A program made the position numbers and the translations under genes. 64,000 nucleotides of DNA, from assembly GCA_000934665.2 (NCBI GenBank), contig KZ538421.1, positions 1 to 64,000 of the forward strand, read 5' to 3'. Positions 50,901 to 63,400 of the stretch are shown in pieces. Under the pieces are notes generated by a model that saw only the letters and a program-made list of their open reading frames with translations, was not told where the DNA came from and ran no database searches. Source of the stretch: Catajapyx aquilonaris (taxonomy: Eukaryota). The stretch's first letter is position 1. Each line of letters opens with the position of its first letter.

Positions 50901-53900
50901 ATTAATGTGCATTTAACAATTTCAGCTTCTTGGCATCATTTGCATCAGTTTGGCTGCAAACGATGATTTAGACTTTGGAGTAAGTGGTTCTTCGAACAAA
51001 TCAAGTTATGATGCGACAAGGGTAGTTGTTATTACATTTGGAGGATATTTGATATACAGTGGAGGAATGCTGATCTGCTACTTGACAGATAAAGAGGGCC
51101 ACAAAACTCTTCAGGTAATCACATATTTTAATGCATTTACATGTCATCTACATTTTCATAATCAACGCTTTATCCTCAAAAACATATGCAAGGAAACCAT
51201 AAGTATGTGCATATGCATTTGACTTTTATCAGGTTACATGCATGTCTTCAGCAACACTAGATTCGCGTTTAGATGAATCACAATATCTATATAAATAAAG
51301 CCGTTTGTGAGTCTGTCTGTCTCTCTGTCTGTCTGTCCGCCTGCCAACCGTCATTTCCCTGCCATCTGTGCTCCACCCCCAGGCCGGAACAGGATGGAGG
51401 TGCTGGGGGTTTTGAATACAGATGGCAGGCAAATGACGGTTGCCGTTATACAGGCGGGAGAGGTTGAAGATGTTGGAGTAGCAGGAGATGGCATTGGTGG
51501 GCGGACACACTGAAAGACAGACAGTTGACGGGGCCACTGGCAGGTGTTTTCCCTTCATTCATTTCTTCCCGGGCAACGCCGGGTGTCGCAGCTAGTTATC
51601 CATAAAAACGTCATTACCATCATGTTGAGTTCCTATCACTACCTTGAATTTATGCAGTCTACATTGCATTATTTTCTTTTCAGGAATGTCTTCTTAATCC
51701 TCTGGCTTGCATCATGTACATAGCAAGTGGAGCCCTATTTTGCAACACCTATTCTGACTCCAATTTTCCCGATTATAAAGACTACAAAGAAAAAGGTCTC
51801 GCAATTGGTGCCTTGGCCATTATTAACGGGGTCGCATATTTAATAGACTCGTATTTTTGCTTCAAAGGTAGAGGCATCATTAACTTCTGAGGGATCCCTG
51901 ACAACACGACATTACTGAGATCCTCCTTGTAGCAAGTAGAATGTCCACTTTGCAGAACTTAATGATGCACTACATGCTTTACATTATTCACTAACTCTGT
52001 CATACCATAGAGGTAAAAGTGTAGGTAATTTTTCAAGTCCAAGAAGGGCTGATTGCCATGTTATTATAAGTGTTTAAAATGATTAGGTCCTGCGGAAAGG
52101 GAATCTTTTGAATATGAAGTCAAGTGGAAACCTATCGCCTTTGAGCGGACCTTCAAATAACATAAAAGCAACCAAGCCCACCAAAATCGGAATAAGTTCC
52201 ACTCTTTGTGGCCTCTTCATCCAGAATTAAATCAACCACTTTTCAAATGCCGCTTGGCATGCAGATCCTCTCGAAATGGATGCCTGATTCCTGTGCAAGA
52301 TATTAGAAATATATTCTGGGACTCCAAAGGGCCTTGAAGCCTTATTTAGTATTCATCTCACATCCTCCTTTCCTCACCTTCCGTCCCATCATCTTGTTCC
52401 ACCCACTACATACCAAACGCCAGGGTCTCTAATTTTCAATTTGTAAACACTGTCACATGCTAGCTGCAATTTCCCTGCTCAGTTATGCAAAGAATTGATA
52501 TTCTGCATGAGATGAATAAAGGCGATTCGAAGAAATCCGCAAATTATTTATTCCTAAATCCCACAAGATTTTGTAACCAATATTGTTTTAAATTCAACTT
52601 TTGTTACACCCTGCAGTGACGCACACTCTCTCCCTGAACCAGTTCCCGCCAACTTTGAAACAATAATAACATCCACCCTCTGCCTTCCAAGTGTCTAACA
52701 CTTCGTAGATAGAAAATAATGATCTGCCAGCGTGAAACCTGAACCAGCACCTCGGGGTCACGAATTTGGTCTGCCAATCAACATTAGAAAATACGTGTGG
52801 CGTCCCTAGTGGGACACAGGATAAATATTTGTACAATGTACTGTAGGTGAATAAATCACTCTTAAACGTGGATCCAAAGTCCCTTAGAGACTTGAAGCGG
52901 TACGACATGGTAACGCACTTCGCCTTTAGACAGCTACCTTTAGCAAAGGTAGCCCCCAGAAAAAACTGGTTACATAGAGTATAAGAAAAATCTATTGTTA
53001 TTCTATCATAAACTGATAAATTATTCACAAGGGGTTCATCAGGGTTTAATTGGCCACCTTTTCTCGCCGCCATTACCTACATCTATCATTAGGGTGTAAA
53101 ATCGATGATTTCTACTGAAAATTCAGGTAGGACTGGTTACACAAATGAAACTCGGTTCCACCTGGCTGCTAGCATTCTATCTTCAACAGCTGCCACCAAT
53201 TTAATTGCCGGAAGTTCCGACCCATCTCAGTGGGAAATATACATCTTCCGCTTCTCGACTACAGAATAACAGGGTGAGTCATGATATCCCTCCAAACTGT
53301 TAATCCACATTGTACAGTACACCGCTAAGGAGTGTTCATAATTTGTCTATAACTCCAGATTTATTATGCAACAAAATTGGTTCAATTAATTAACCTGATT
53401 TAGCTTCGAGAAATTTATGACTAGTTTTCTGTTCTGGCAAACATCTCACAATACACCCTCCTGTTTGGTCACAAACAATCCACAGAATCCTAACTCAGTC
53501 TCCAAGACAGGGAATTGCCCTCGCTGGGAGTGAATCGTAGCTCCACTGTATCACTGTTGGACACGCTGGCAACTCTTCGACGTTTCGTAGTCTTTTAACC
53601 TGTTGAATTAGGATTCAGTGCGTTGCTCTAAGGCGATAAATACACAAAAACTTCAAATAAGCCGATTTAAAGGGACACTCCACTCAAAATACAAGTTGGC
53701 CCCCAAAAATCGGGCAAAAAATCCTGATTCCGAATGTGCAATCGTTTTTTTTCTACGCCCAACGGTAACACGGAAAATCATATATCTACACACGTCGTCT
53801 CGCGTCGTCTGCTAAGAAGGGCGATACAACAGCATCTCGCGGCAAACCGGAGAAGTAGAGAAGGTGCTCAACAAACAACTGCCGCGCCAGGATGCCTTCT

Positions 53901-56900
53901 CTAGTTCCGCCCGGTTCCACTGTGGTGGCGTCGCCACCTGCGCCCACCTTCCCCGCGCGCGGTTTTCGAACGACACACTTCCAGCTTTCACACTGGCCTT
54001 AACGTTCGTCTCTAAGAAAAACTGCTTATACCCTCGGAATCAGGGTTTTTTGCCCGATTTTTAGAACCCAACTTGTATTTTGAATGGAGTGTCCCTTTAA
54101 CTCTGATTTCTCTACAAGAAAAGGTAACTGCCACTGAAGTTACACAAAATACTATTCACAATTTTACTACTTTACAGGGTCATCAGTAACCGCTCCAACA
54201 TTTGCATAAGACCACAATAAGAGGTCCGTTTTACGGATATTAAAAATGTATTTAAAAAATGATCAAAAGATGTGAACAATTGACTCTGCCAATACCTTTT
54301 TGTAGGGGATCGTGCTCATGTTTTTAATAGTCACGCTATACATGGATCGAACGTGTAGAATATGGAGTATCACGCACGCCTATGCCATTCTGAGTACAAA
54401 ATCGTGTAAAATCAAGCATCATATTGCTCTTCATGGCAAGTACTGCTAATTACCCCCATATTTTTGCCACCAGATACTATTGAATCGCCAAATGCTCAGA
54501 CATGCACTAATAAAAGCATCGACAATTTATGGTCTCCGTTGTTCATATCGCATACCATTTAGTTATTCTGGCCATAACAATTGGGTTGTTTTTCTAGGAA
54601 GACTTTCCAGAGACAATAGGAAGAAAATATTAGTACAAAGCAGCCCAAGATATTGACACTCATATATAAGGATGTTTTAGAGCAGTGTAGCAGACTAAAT
54701 CGCACGTACAGTCAGGAGAAAATGATATATAAGCAGACCAGGGCCAGGGGTTCACTAAATTTTGGTGACGTCTCTGTTCCAAATATACAAAAGTTGACCT
54801 TATAATCTATCCAATTATACAATAACTCTGGAGCAGATTTTTTTTTCTTTTGCTCGTGACCGTATATTTTCCTAGGCTAGCCGTTTTCACCGAACAAACT
54901 ACGCTACTAGTGCAACAGGATATTCTGCTTGCACTACTTCAAAGTACCGCTATTTCCTGTGCTGCAGAAAGAAAAGCAATTGGTGGTCGCCGCAAAAAGA
55001 TAGATTTAGCTTACTCACGACATAAGATAAGATTGTATTTAGTCTCCATAAGTCCTAGAAGCTCTGGAAAGTGTCGGAACAAGAATCATATACTGATACT
55101 ATCTGTAAAAAGTGGCCTTATCTAGGAAATAGTTTCGGTGCGTTACCAAATGACCACGTCATGTGATTTGGATTTTAAAAACATTTTGTAAAAAGCAAGA
55201 TCATAAGTGGTTGCCCATACGTTTAGTCAGACTTCCCTACAAAAAGTACTATGGTGCTCAAGTTGTTTCGGCCACTTTATCTTGGTCTTGAAGCAACCCT
55301 TCGCACAGGCCCCACGGTGAGCAGGCGTGTGAAGGGTTGCTTCAAGACCATGATAAAGTGACCAAAACAATTTGAGCCCCATAGTACGTCAAACTGCTTT
55401 AAATGTTCACTAAACATGACGTTAATATTCAACGAGCTTTATTGTAACATTATTTTTAATTATTTATTTTTATTGCAACTTTTTGAGAGTTCTGGGTCAT
55501 CCTCAGCTGAACCCCGCCCCATGCCAGGGGTATACTCATTAGACGACCCCTTTAAAATCTTATGAATTCCTGAAAAATGCCATAATACATACTGACATAC
55601 ATTGCACTAAAAATCTGGGTCGAAAACGTTCTAGTCGCAGAGTCAGATAGGGCCCATCATGGCATTTTGAAAAATGTCGGAAGTCCTGCTCCCTTGAAGA
55701 GTGACAGGGGCCATATCCGCCAGTACAAGAAATCACCGCAATCAGCCCGACAAAAGGCTGAATTGCAGACATGGGGCCAAAGCCGCAAAAAAGTGGTGAG
55801 AAATGAAATAGCTTTCCTATTTGTACGGAAGGTGGCCTTCAAACCTGTTAGTTGCTAAGGCCAGGTATTATACATGTCGGACTAATTGTAACGATATTGG
55901 CCTGATTAATTGTTTAAAACTATGAAAAACAAGGAATAAATTAATATGACTGTGTTACTCCATGTTTAATCCAAGGTACACGAACATACTTACCTTACAT
56001 AATATTGTTATCCATTATCTGTTGAGGCGTTGCTTGAACAAAATGTTTTATCACGAGATAAGACAGTAAAAATACACATTCAGTTTGTACTAAAAAGGAG
56101 TACGGAAGAGTGGCCGATAACGCATCCGTATGTGGTTCTACCGTATGTCAACTAACCTCGCATACATACGACTAAAATACTAGCGTACATTTAGTTATCG
56201 CCCTGAATTATTTCAGTTGTATTTCGTTCAAAACCTTTGTTATCAAGAAATTATCAAGTTACACCAAATGTTTTAAAATGACATCACAGCGTGTATTGTT
56301 CTGCTAAACAATACGTCTTTATAGGAAACAAGCGTGTGCAAGGATGTGCAGTGTGCCGCGGATTTATTTGAACTTCTGGAAGATCAATCACAAAGCGGCT
56401 CATTTTGGTATTCCTTTGAGAATTACAAGGAGACCACCCTCTTTGAGTCTTCCGCCATTCATTCACAAGAGGATGTTAGTTTCGCTACAAGGCTGCTGCG
56501 GTTTTGTCAATATTTACATGAAATACCTTGCGCAATATTTAGAGTCATGGAATTTAGAAATGCTATCTCTTCATAATGACACAAAATGCTCATCATCCTC
56601 TTTCCAACTCTAACATTTTCGTCCTCTGCTAATGATGTCCTTTTAATTTTTTTGGGGGTGTTCCGCCTATTAATCTTAGGGTTGGGAAATTAAGGCTGTT
56701 GCCATGATGAGACATTACTGTTGATAGCATGCCGCTGTAATCTGTAAGGACTGGGACGATATACACACGCTTTCAAAAATGTTCATCAAAATTCTGGCTA
56801 CCAATAAATTACTCTCTAGCTACGATAACAAAGTGTTCAAAAACTTTTGTTCACGCCTGTACAACTCCCGTACCTATGAATTTATCACCCGAATATCACT

Positions 56901-59900
56901 TTCTGCCACCAGAACACCGTTAACACCACTCCATCGAGTACAAAATTAATAACAATCACCATTGTTGCCTTTACAAGATATGCATCATTAGTGTCAAACA
57001 CAGCTCACTCCATTTGCAAAGAAGAAATGGGAGCTTTCCTTCACGAACCTATATCTATAAGAAGCGGCCTGAGATATGGCTCTCTAAATTTCTTGTCCGG
57101 AACGTCACGTGATCAAAAAATCAGTTAGCAATAATGAGGAAAATCTATTACAGAAGAAATGAGGCAAAGAAAGTGGAGCACCAAATGCGGTGATAACTCT
57201 TTCTAAACGGAAAAGAGTCTAACGTACACGTTTCTTAAAAGCAAATATCGTCAGCATGGTAGTCCTTAAATAATAAGCCAGCAAGCCAGGATTTTCTGTC
57301 TTCACTAGCATGTAAACAAGTGCAAGGTTAAATATTTCGCTTATTTTCGATTATCTCGAATCTGGTTTTGTGGATTTCACTTGTATATACGGTATATTCT
57401 TTCGATTAATTTGCCTTAAAGGGACACTCCACTCAAAAAACAAGTTGGGCTCAAAACATCGGGCAAAAAATCCTGATTCCGAGGGTATAAGCAGTTTTTC
57501 TGAGAGACGAACGGTAAGGCCAGGGCGAGCCGTCAAAGTATCAGAATTTGCGTCGTCTGCTAATGAGCTGCCCCTCCAGTCTAGCCCGCCCCACTAGTCC
57601 GCGCCGCCACCGGGTACTAGGCGAAACTGGTTCAGAACTGAAAGTCGGGTCTGGTGGGGAGGTGGCCGGATGAAGACTGTGGCACTGAGCAAAGATGGCG
57701 TCGGCTGTGGCGTCGACCGGCGTAGACCAAAGATGGCTGAGGATTATCCAAATTTCTGCCCAGACCCGGGAGAGGCGCTGCTCTTTTGCGCCAGATTCGA
57801 ATTGCCGAACTTTGTCGGCTCGCCCTGGCCTTACCGTTCGTCTCTCAGGAAAACTGTTTATACCCTCGGAATCAAGATTTTTAGCCCGATTGTTAGAGCC
57901 CAACCTGTATTTTGAGTGGAGTGTCCCTTTAATAAATCATAACTTTTGTCAACATCCTATAAAAATATTTAAAAATAATCAGTCGATTCTACAGTATCTC
58001 AATGCTGACAGTACCAAAATTATAATATTTGACGCCTTTTGGAATTTTGTGTGTTTTCACTTGGGACGGTAGAATAATTTCGCTTGACTCGAGAGTTAAA
58101 AATACGACACAATATTTTTTGTTACAGGCAATCAACAACAAAGTCCGTTTTATTACAGAGCTGGCACCACACCAGGATCTATTGTACCCGCGTACAAATT
58201 ACGCGTCCTTTTGTGTGTCGTCTCACAAATCATGGCTTCAAAAGGCGCTCTTGAAAGTTTCTGAGCATAAAAATGTCAAATAGTAGGGTTCTTTTCCGCC
58301 ACTAATCGCGTGAGGCTTCTAGGTAATTCCATGACAAATCGTCACGAATCGTTGGAAATCCTATCATGCATTTTCAAAAAAAACTTGACTTAAAATTTCA
58401 TTTCAAACTGAAATACAATAAATAAAGCACAGACTTATTTCCAACCCACTCTGCGTGCAATAGACAAAAAATTTAAGTGTGACACATGTTAATGACATTA
58501 AACCCGCAGTCCTTTAAACGAGAGAACGATCTGACGTCACAGCATCCATGTTTTCTGAGTATGCGCAGCAGAGTGATTCGGGGACGTGATAGCAGGGAAG
58601 AGCCGGGTGGAGGCGGGCTAAACGTGACGTCAGATCGTTCTTTTACTTAAAGGACTGTAGAGCCACAATTTTTTGATAAAAATTTGTAATTTTCAACACA
58701 GCTGTGAGACTAATAAAATGTAATTGGACTTACATATTCCAGCTCGTTTTCGACCAGATCTTTGGTCAGTTCAATTCCCTCACGCTGTTTCATTAATCCC
58801 AGGCTTGTTTCGTTAACCTTTTTTGCTTCTCCCAGTGTCACTAGAGCGTCTTCCATAAAATGCTTGGCATCATCCAACAGGTCTTGCTCATTACGGAGGC
58901 GCTGAAAGGACGAAAAAAAAGTTTTGAGTAGTTACTGTTTGTCTATAGCAGTGACTAGCCAGGATTCCAGTTCGGGGGGGGGGNNNNNNNNNNNNNNNNN
59001 NNNNNNNNNNNNNNNNNNNNNNNNNNNNNNNNNNNNNNNNNNNNNNNNNNNNNNNNNNNNNNNNNNNNNNNNNNNNNNNNNNNNNNNNNNNNNNNNNNNN
59101 NNNNNNNNNNNNNNNNNNNNNNNNNNNNNNNNNNNNNNNNNNNNNNNNNNNNNNNNNNNNNNNNNNGGGGGGGGGGGGGTCGCCCCACCGCTCCGATCCG
59201 CCACTGGTATACAGTCAGTAATTAAAACATCCGAGATGAGCCAAATTGGATGGAAGTGAGTTGCCGGGAAGGCATGTCAAAAATTCCAGTGCTAAACCTG
59301 AAACTTTTTCTCTATATGTTCATGGGAACTTTGAAAACCCGATTAAAAAAAAAATCCACAAGAGTTCGCCCCCCCCCCTCCCCCCCCCGGGGCTACGTCA
59401 CTGGTCTATAGTCTCTAACCCTCCCTTCTAGTTAGAAACGTTTCTTAGTACACAGTGTGTGGCAGGAATATTAATATTGTGGCACTGCTAGAATTAAATT
59501 CAACTGAATGTAGTTCCACCATAAATGTTATATACCAGCACACAGCATGTAAGAGTCAACAATAAAATAAATATCATTATACTGTATAATGAACTGAACG
59601 CACTCTATTCTCAGTTATGGCAGCGATGTGTTGCTGTTTATATTTGTTATTATTTTCAATTGGTTAAAAGTTTTTGGTCAAATCTATCACTTTTTAGGTA
59701 ACTTTGAAAGGGTCGTTAATCAGGAATCTTTATAAGTCTCTCTATAAGTAGTCTATATTGATACGAATGCGCCCGCCTGTCCTCTGGCCAGTTGAGTGCT
59801 CTTCATACTCAATAAATCTGAGCTTGGGTAGCAAAATTAAATTTCAGCCCTAGACACGTCGAGAATACAGAATATTTGTGACAAACTATGTAGTCAGTTA

Positions 59901-60346
59901 GTGAATGGGAGATTTTTGGACAATCGGAAGAGAGAGAAATACTCCGAGAAAACCCACGCGAGCACAGAGAGAACCTCTCGAAACTCTTTCCACACAATTC
60001 ATTGTAGGACTCAAGGAATTTTTCTGCTACACAATATTAACAAATAGTTGGGGAAGATTAGAATATGGATCATGAGATGTTGATTCACTCCAAGCAAATT
60101 GATGTGGCCATGTGGATAAGATTGTTATTTTCCTGAACCCTCAACGAAAGTTTACAAAAATAAATGCTTACCATGATGTGGTTTTCGAAGCTGGTAACAG
60201 CCGCATGCAAGCTGTCCACTTTATCACCCAGCAAACCTTCTACCATCCTATTCGTATTATGTGCCTTATCCCTCATGTTGTCCAAAGACTGCTTAGATAA
60301 GTTGATCAATCTGGAATTTGAGCACAACAACAACTACAACAACAGC

Positions 60347-60425
<79 letters not shown>

Positions 60426-63400
60426 TTAGGGCCAGTTTCATCAATACAAATAATGGGATTTAACTGTATGACGTTCGAAATTAATATAAATAATTTTAAA
60501 TACTTACTTTCCGGAGCTATCCAAATCAGACTGGGTTATGTTCATCATGTCACCGAACTCTCGTGACCAGCCAAAATGCGAATAACGATGTGCATCAGTA
60601 GGAACTAGCACTCGCTCTTGGCAGTCAAGCTTTTCAGGACACACAAGAGTAGGTGTGTATTCCGCCCTATGAGTGACCGTACGAAAGGGCTTCAGATTGT
60701 CCTGCCCGATGAGAAAGAAAAAAGTCATTAGCTCTGCTCTCTGAAAAACTAATACTAGAAGCAGATTTTACACACTTTACAACTATTGAATGAATTTGAC
60801 GACAGATTGCTTTTTATAAATATCCTGGATTCCTACCTTTGCTCCAGCTGGAGGGCCAAGGTCCGCCATGGACAGAGGTGGTCCAAGGGGGTACATGCGT
60901 GTCAAGGGTAATGCCTGACCACAACCACAAGAACACCCTGGGGCCCTGCACTGACACACGCTCTTCGGTTTCATCAACTTGAATTCGCCACCCTTCTTGA
61001 AGGTGCTGCCTTTTCTGAGACCCTTCTATACAACAGAGAAATAGCATTTATTATTCCAGAGCTACAACAGAGGTACGCTATGAGTTATGTTCCGTTCATA
61101 CCATTACGGTTTTGATGAATCTTGATAACATGACCATCATAACCAAAATGAAAATATCGATCAAAATGTTCAAAAAAATTGTCCCTCACCGAACGTCAAC
61201 AACAACTGAGAGAGCGACTGTCATTGGAATGTGGCAGGAGGCCTTACCAGTCAGAAAATAATGTCGTTTCCATTATCTACTTAATGGCTTAAAGGAAGGA
61301 TTAATGCGCTTGGGGGAGAGTGGAACTTTAAGATGCTTATGGAGACGTACTGTTGCGGTTAAGTCGCCTGGGAAGGGTCGCTTCGTCACCATCCCCTTAG
61401 AGCTATTATACATGGTTTCTTTTCTGGCCATGTTCAAGATATGTTACTTTTATATCAATCAGAGTTGCAGGGAGCATGGAACACATAAGTTCAACTTTTT
61501 TTTTTTTTCATTTATGATTCAGATGCTTGAATGTCATAAACCTTCATGTCCTTACCCAGGGATCCTCATCGAAGACAGGACTGAATTGCGGCTTGTAGTA
61601 CGTCTCTGAGCTGGTCTCCAACTCATGTGGTTCTTCGTGTAGCACGGTGCGATTTTCGTAGAAGAGTGGTGGAGGCAGAGTTCTTGGGTAACCTGGGCAT
61701 GTTACATATTGCTTGGGCAGATCATAAGGGTTGTAACCTGGGCATACTTGAAATTGCCTGGGCCGAGTGAAAGGCATCGCAATGCCTTTGAGATCGCCAT
61801 CTGAAAAGAGGTGTAAATCTGTTAGTATTAATTGTCATTTGCAATGGTTATAATAGCTTAGCAGAAAGGATTTAATTCGCTTTTTATGCGCCACTATTTA
61901 GATCCAAATGTGTAAGAAATAGAGTAGGGGGCAATGATACTGTGCCTGAAACATTAGTGGCGCTATGCTAATGTGTGTGTCGCTTTTGCCAGACAACGGC
62001 CAGAAGGGATGCATGAGGGGTACACAACAATGCCTACTTGTCGGATATCAAGTTTCTGACTTTACAGTATGATAACATGAGAGAACTGTAAGACAAGTCT
62101 AGAGGTTAGCAAACTATGCACTGTACAGGTGAATTAGGATGATGTCATACCAAACATTTTAAACAGATTACACCTCCATATCCTTAGCAAAATAACAGGG
62201 TGGCCAGAAAGTGGACAGCAATGTCTGCTCTGGAGAATCGATGAAAATAATGCTCAAGATATTACGTACAGTAGATAAGATTTCATTTTAGCTGCATGTA
62301 GCCTTAAAGCTCTGAAATTGAGGCTGTACAGGTTATGGAAGGTGGCTATAAAAACTAACGTAGGCTTCGCTTTGGTAATGCAATTTCACCGCGGTATTAA
62401 TCTGCTTAGTCAGAGGAGTCCTCTTCTCATAAAAATGTACTGTACATATCAGCTGTGACGGCCGTCCTTCATGTAGCATTATGCACAGCGATTATTCCAT
62501 AATTTGGCAATGATATCTGTTTTAACTTTCATACAAAAGAAATAAAATTTGCATCACTGGAGTTGGGCCCCTCTTCTTCTTGCCTATTCTATTGTGAGTA
62601 CTAGGGTAACCCATAATTACGACCACAAACAATAGGCATTACATTGGTTTATCCATGGCACAGGGGGAAATATATTGGTACAGCCGGCAATCAACCAATT
62701 CATACCCTTGTGCATACTGTATTTAACAAGAACAACAACAAATTTAAATATAATATTATTATAACAGTCACATACAATTGATGCAATTAATTATAACAAC
62801 ATTATTAATCAATAATAAAATTACTAATCATTTTATGTTAACTCTCATTCACTTCAATTAATTTATTATTCAATTATTATTTATTCATTTTACCCCGTGA
62901 TACAACTGTAAGTCGTTATGGGGGGGGGGTGGCATACCACCATCAGTTTTCTAGTATTTGTTCTACTTTTTTTTAGAGCTTCAACATTTATCCGGATACC
63001 CGGACTGTCCTGTTTCGAATCCCTCTTCCAAGATCCGCACTATCCGGTTAGTGTCGGACGGTCCGGGTTTCGGATCGAAGGTTTGTTGTGAGAAAGGAAC
63101 ATATTTTATTTGCATAATTAAAAACGCATTTATTGGCGGCAGGTAAAAACTTCCAGTCAAATGGTCCATCCCAAAGTATTTCATTAGGCCTATTGTCCAT
63201 GTCAAAACATGAGGTTTATTCGATTTCAGTGAAGAAAAGCTCCCTTTCCTTCTTATTAGGGCTTATTTCTTTTCAAATAATACTTTTAAGGCAGGTTTTA
63301 CAGTATTTAAGTGTTTATTCACATTTTGCTTGTTTAAATCGGATAGTGCAAGGCTACTAAATTGAAGAAGCGCGGTCCGGATCCTGACCCCGAAGCAATC

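Noticed and set aside
58924..59259. ORFs spanning the N gap
   Set aside because: Artefacts of unknown bases.
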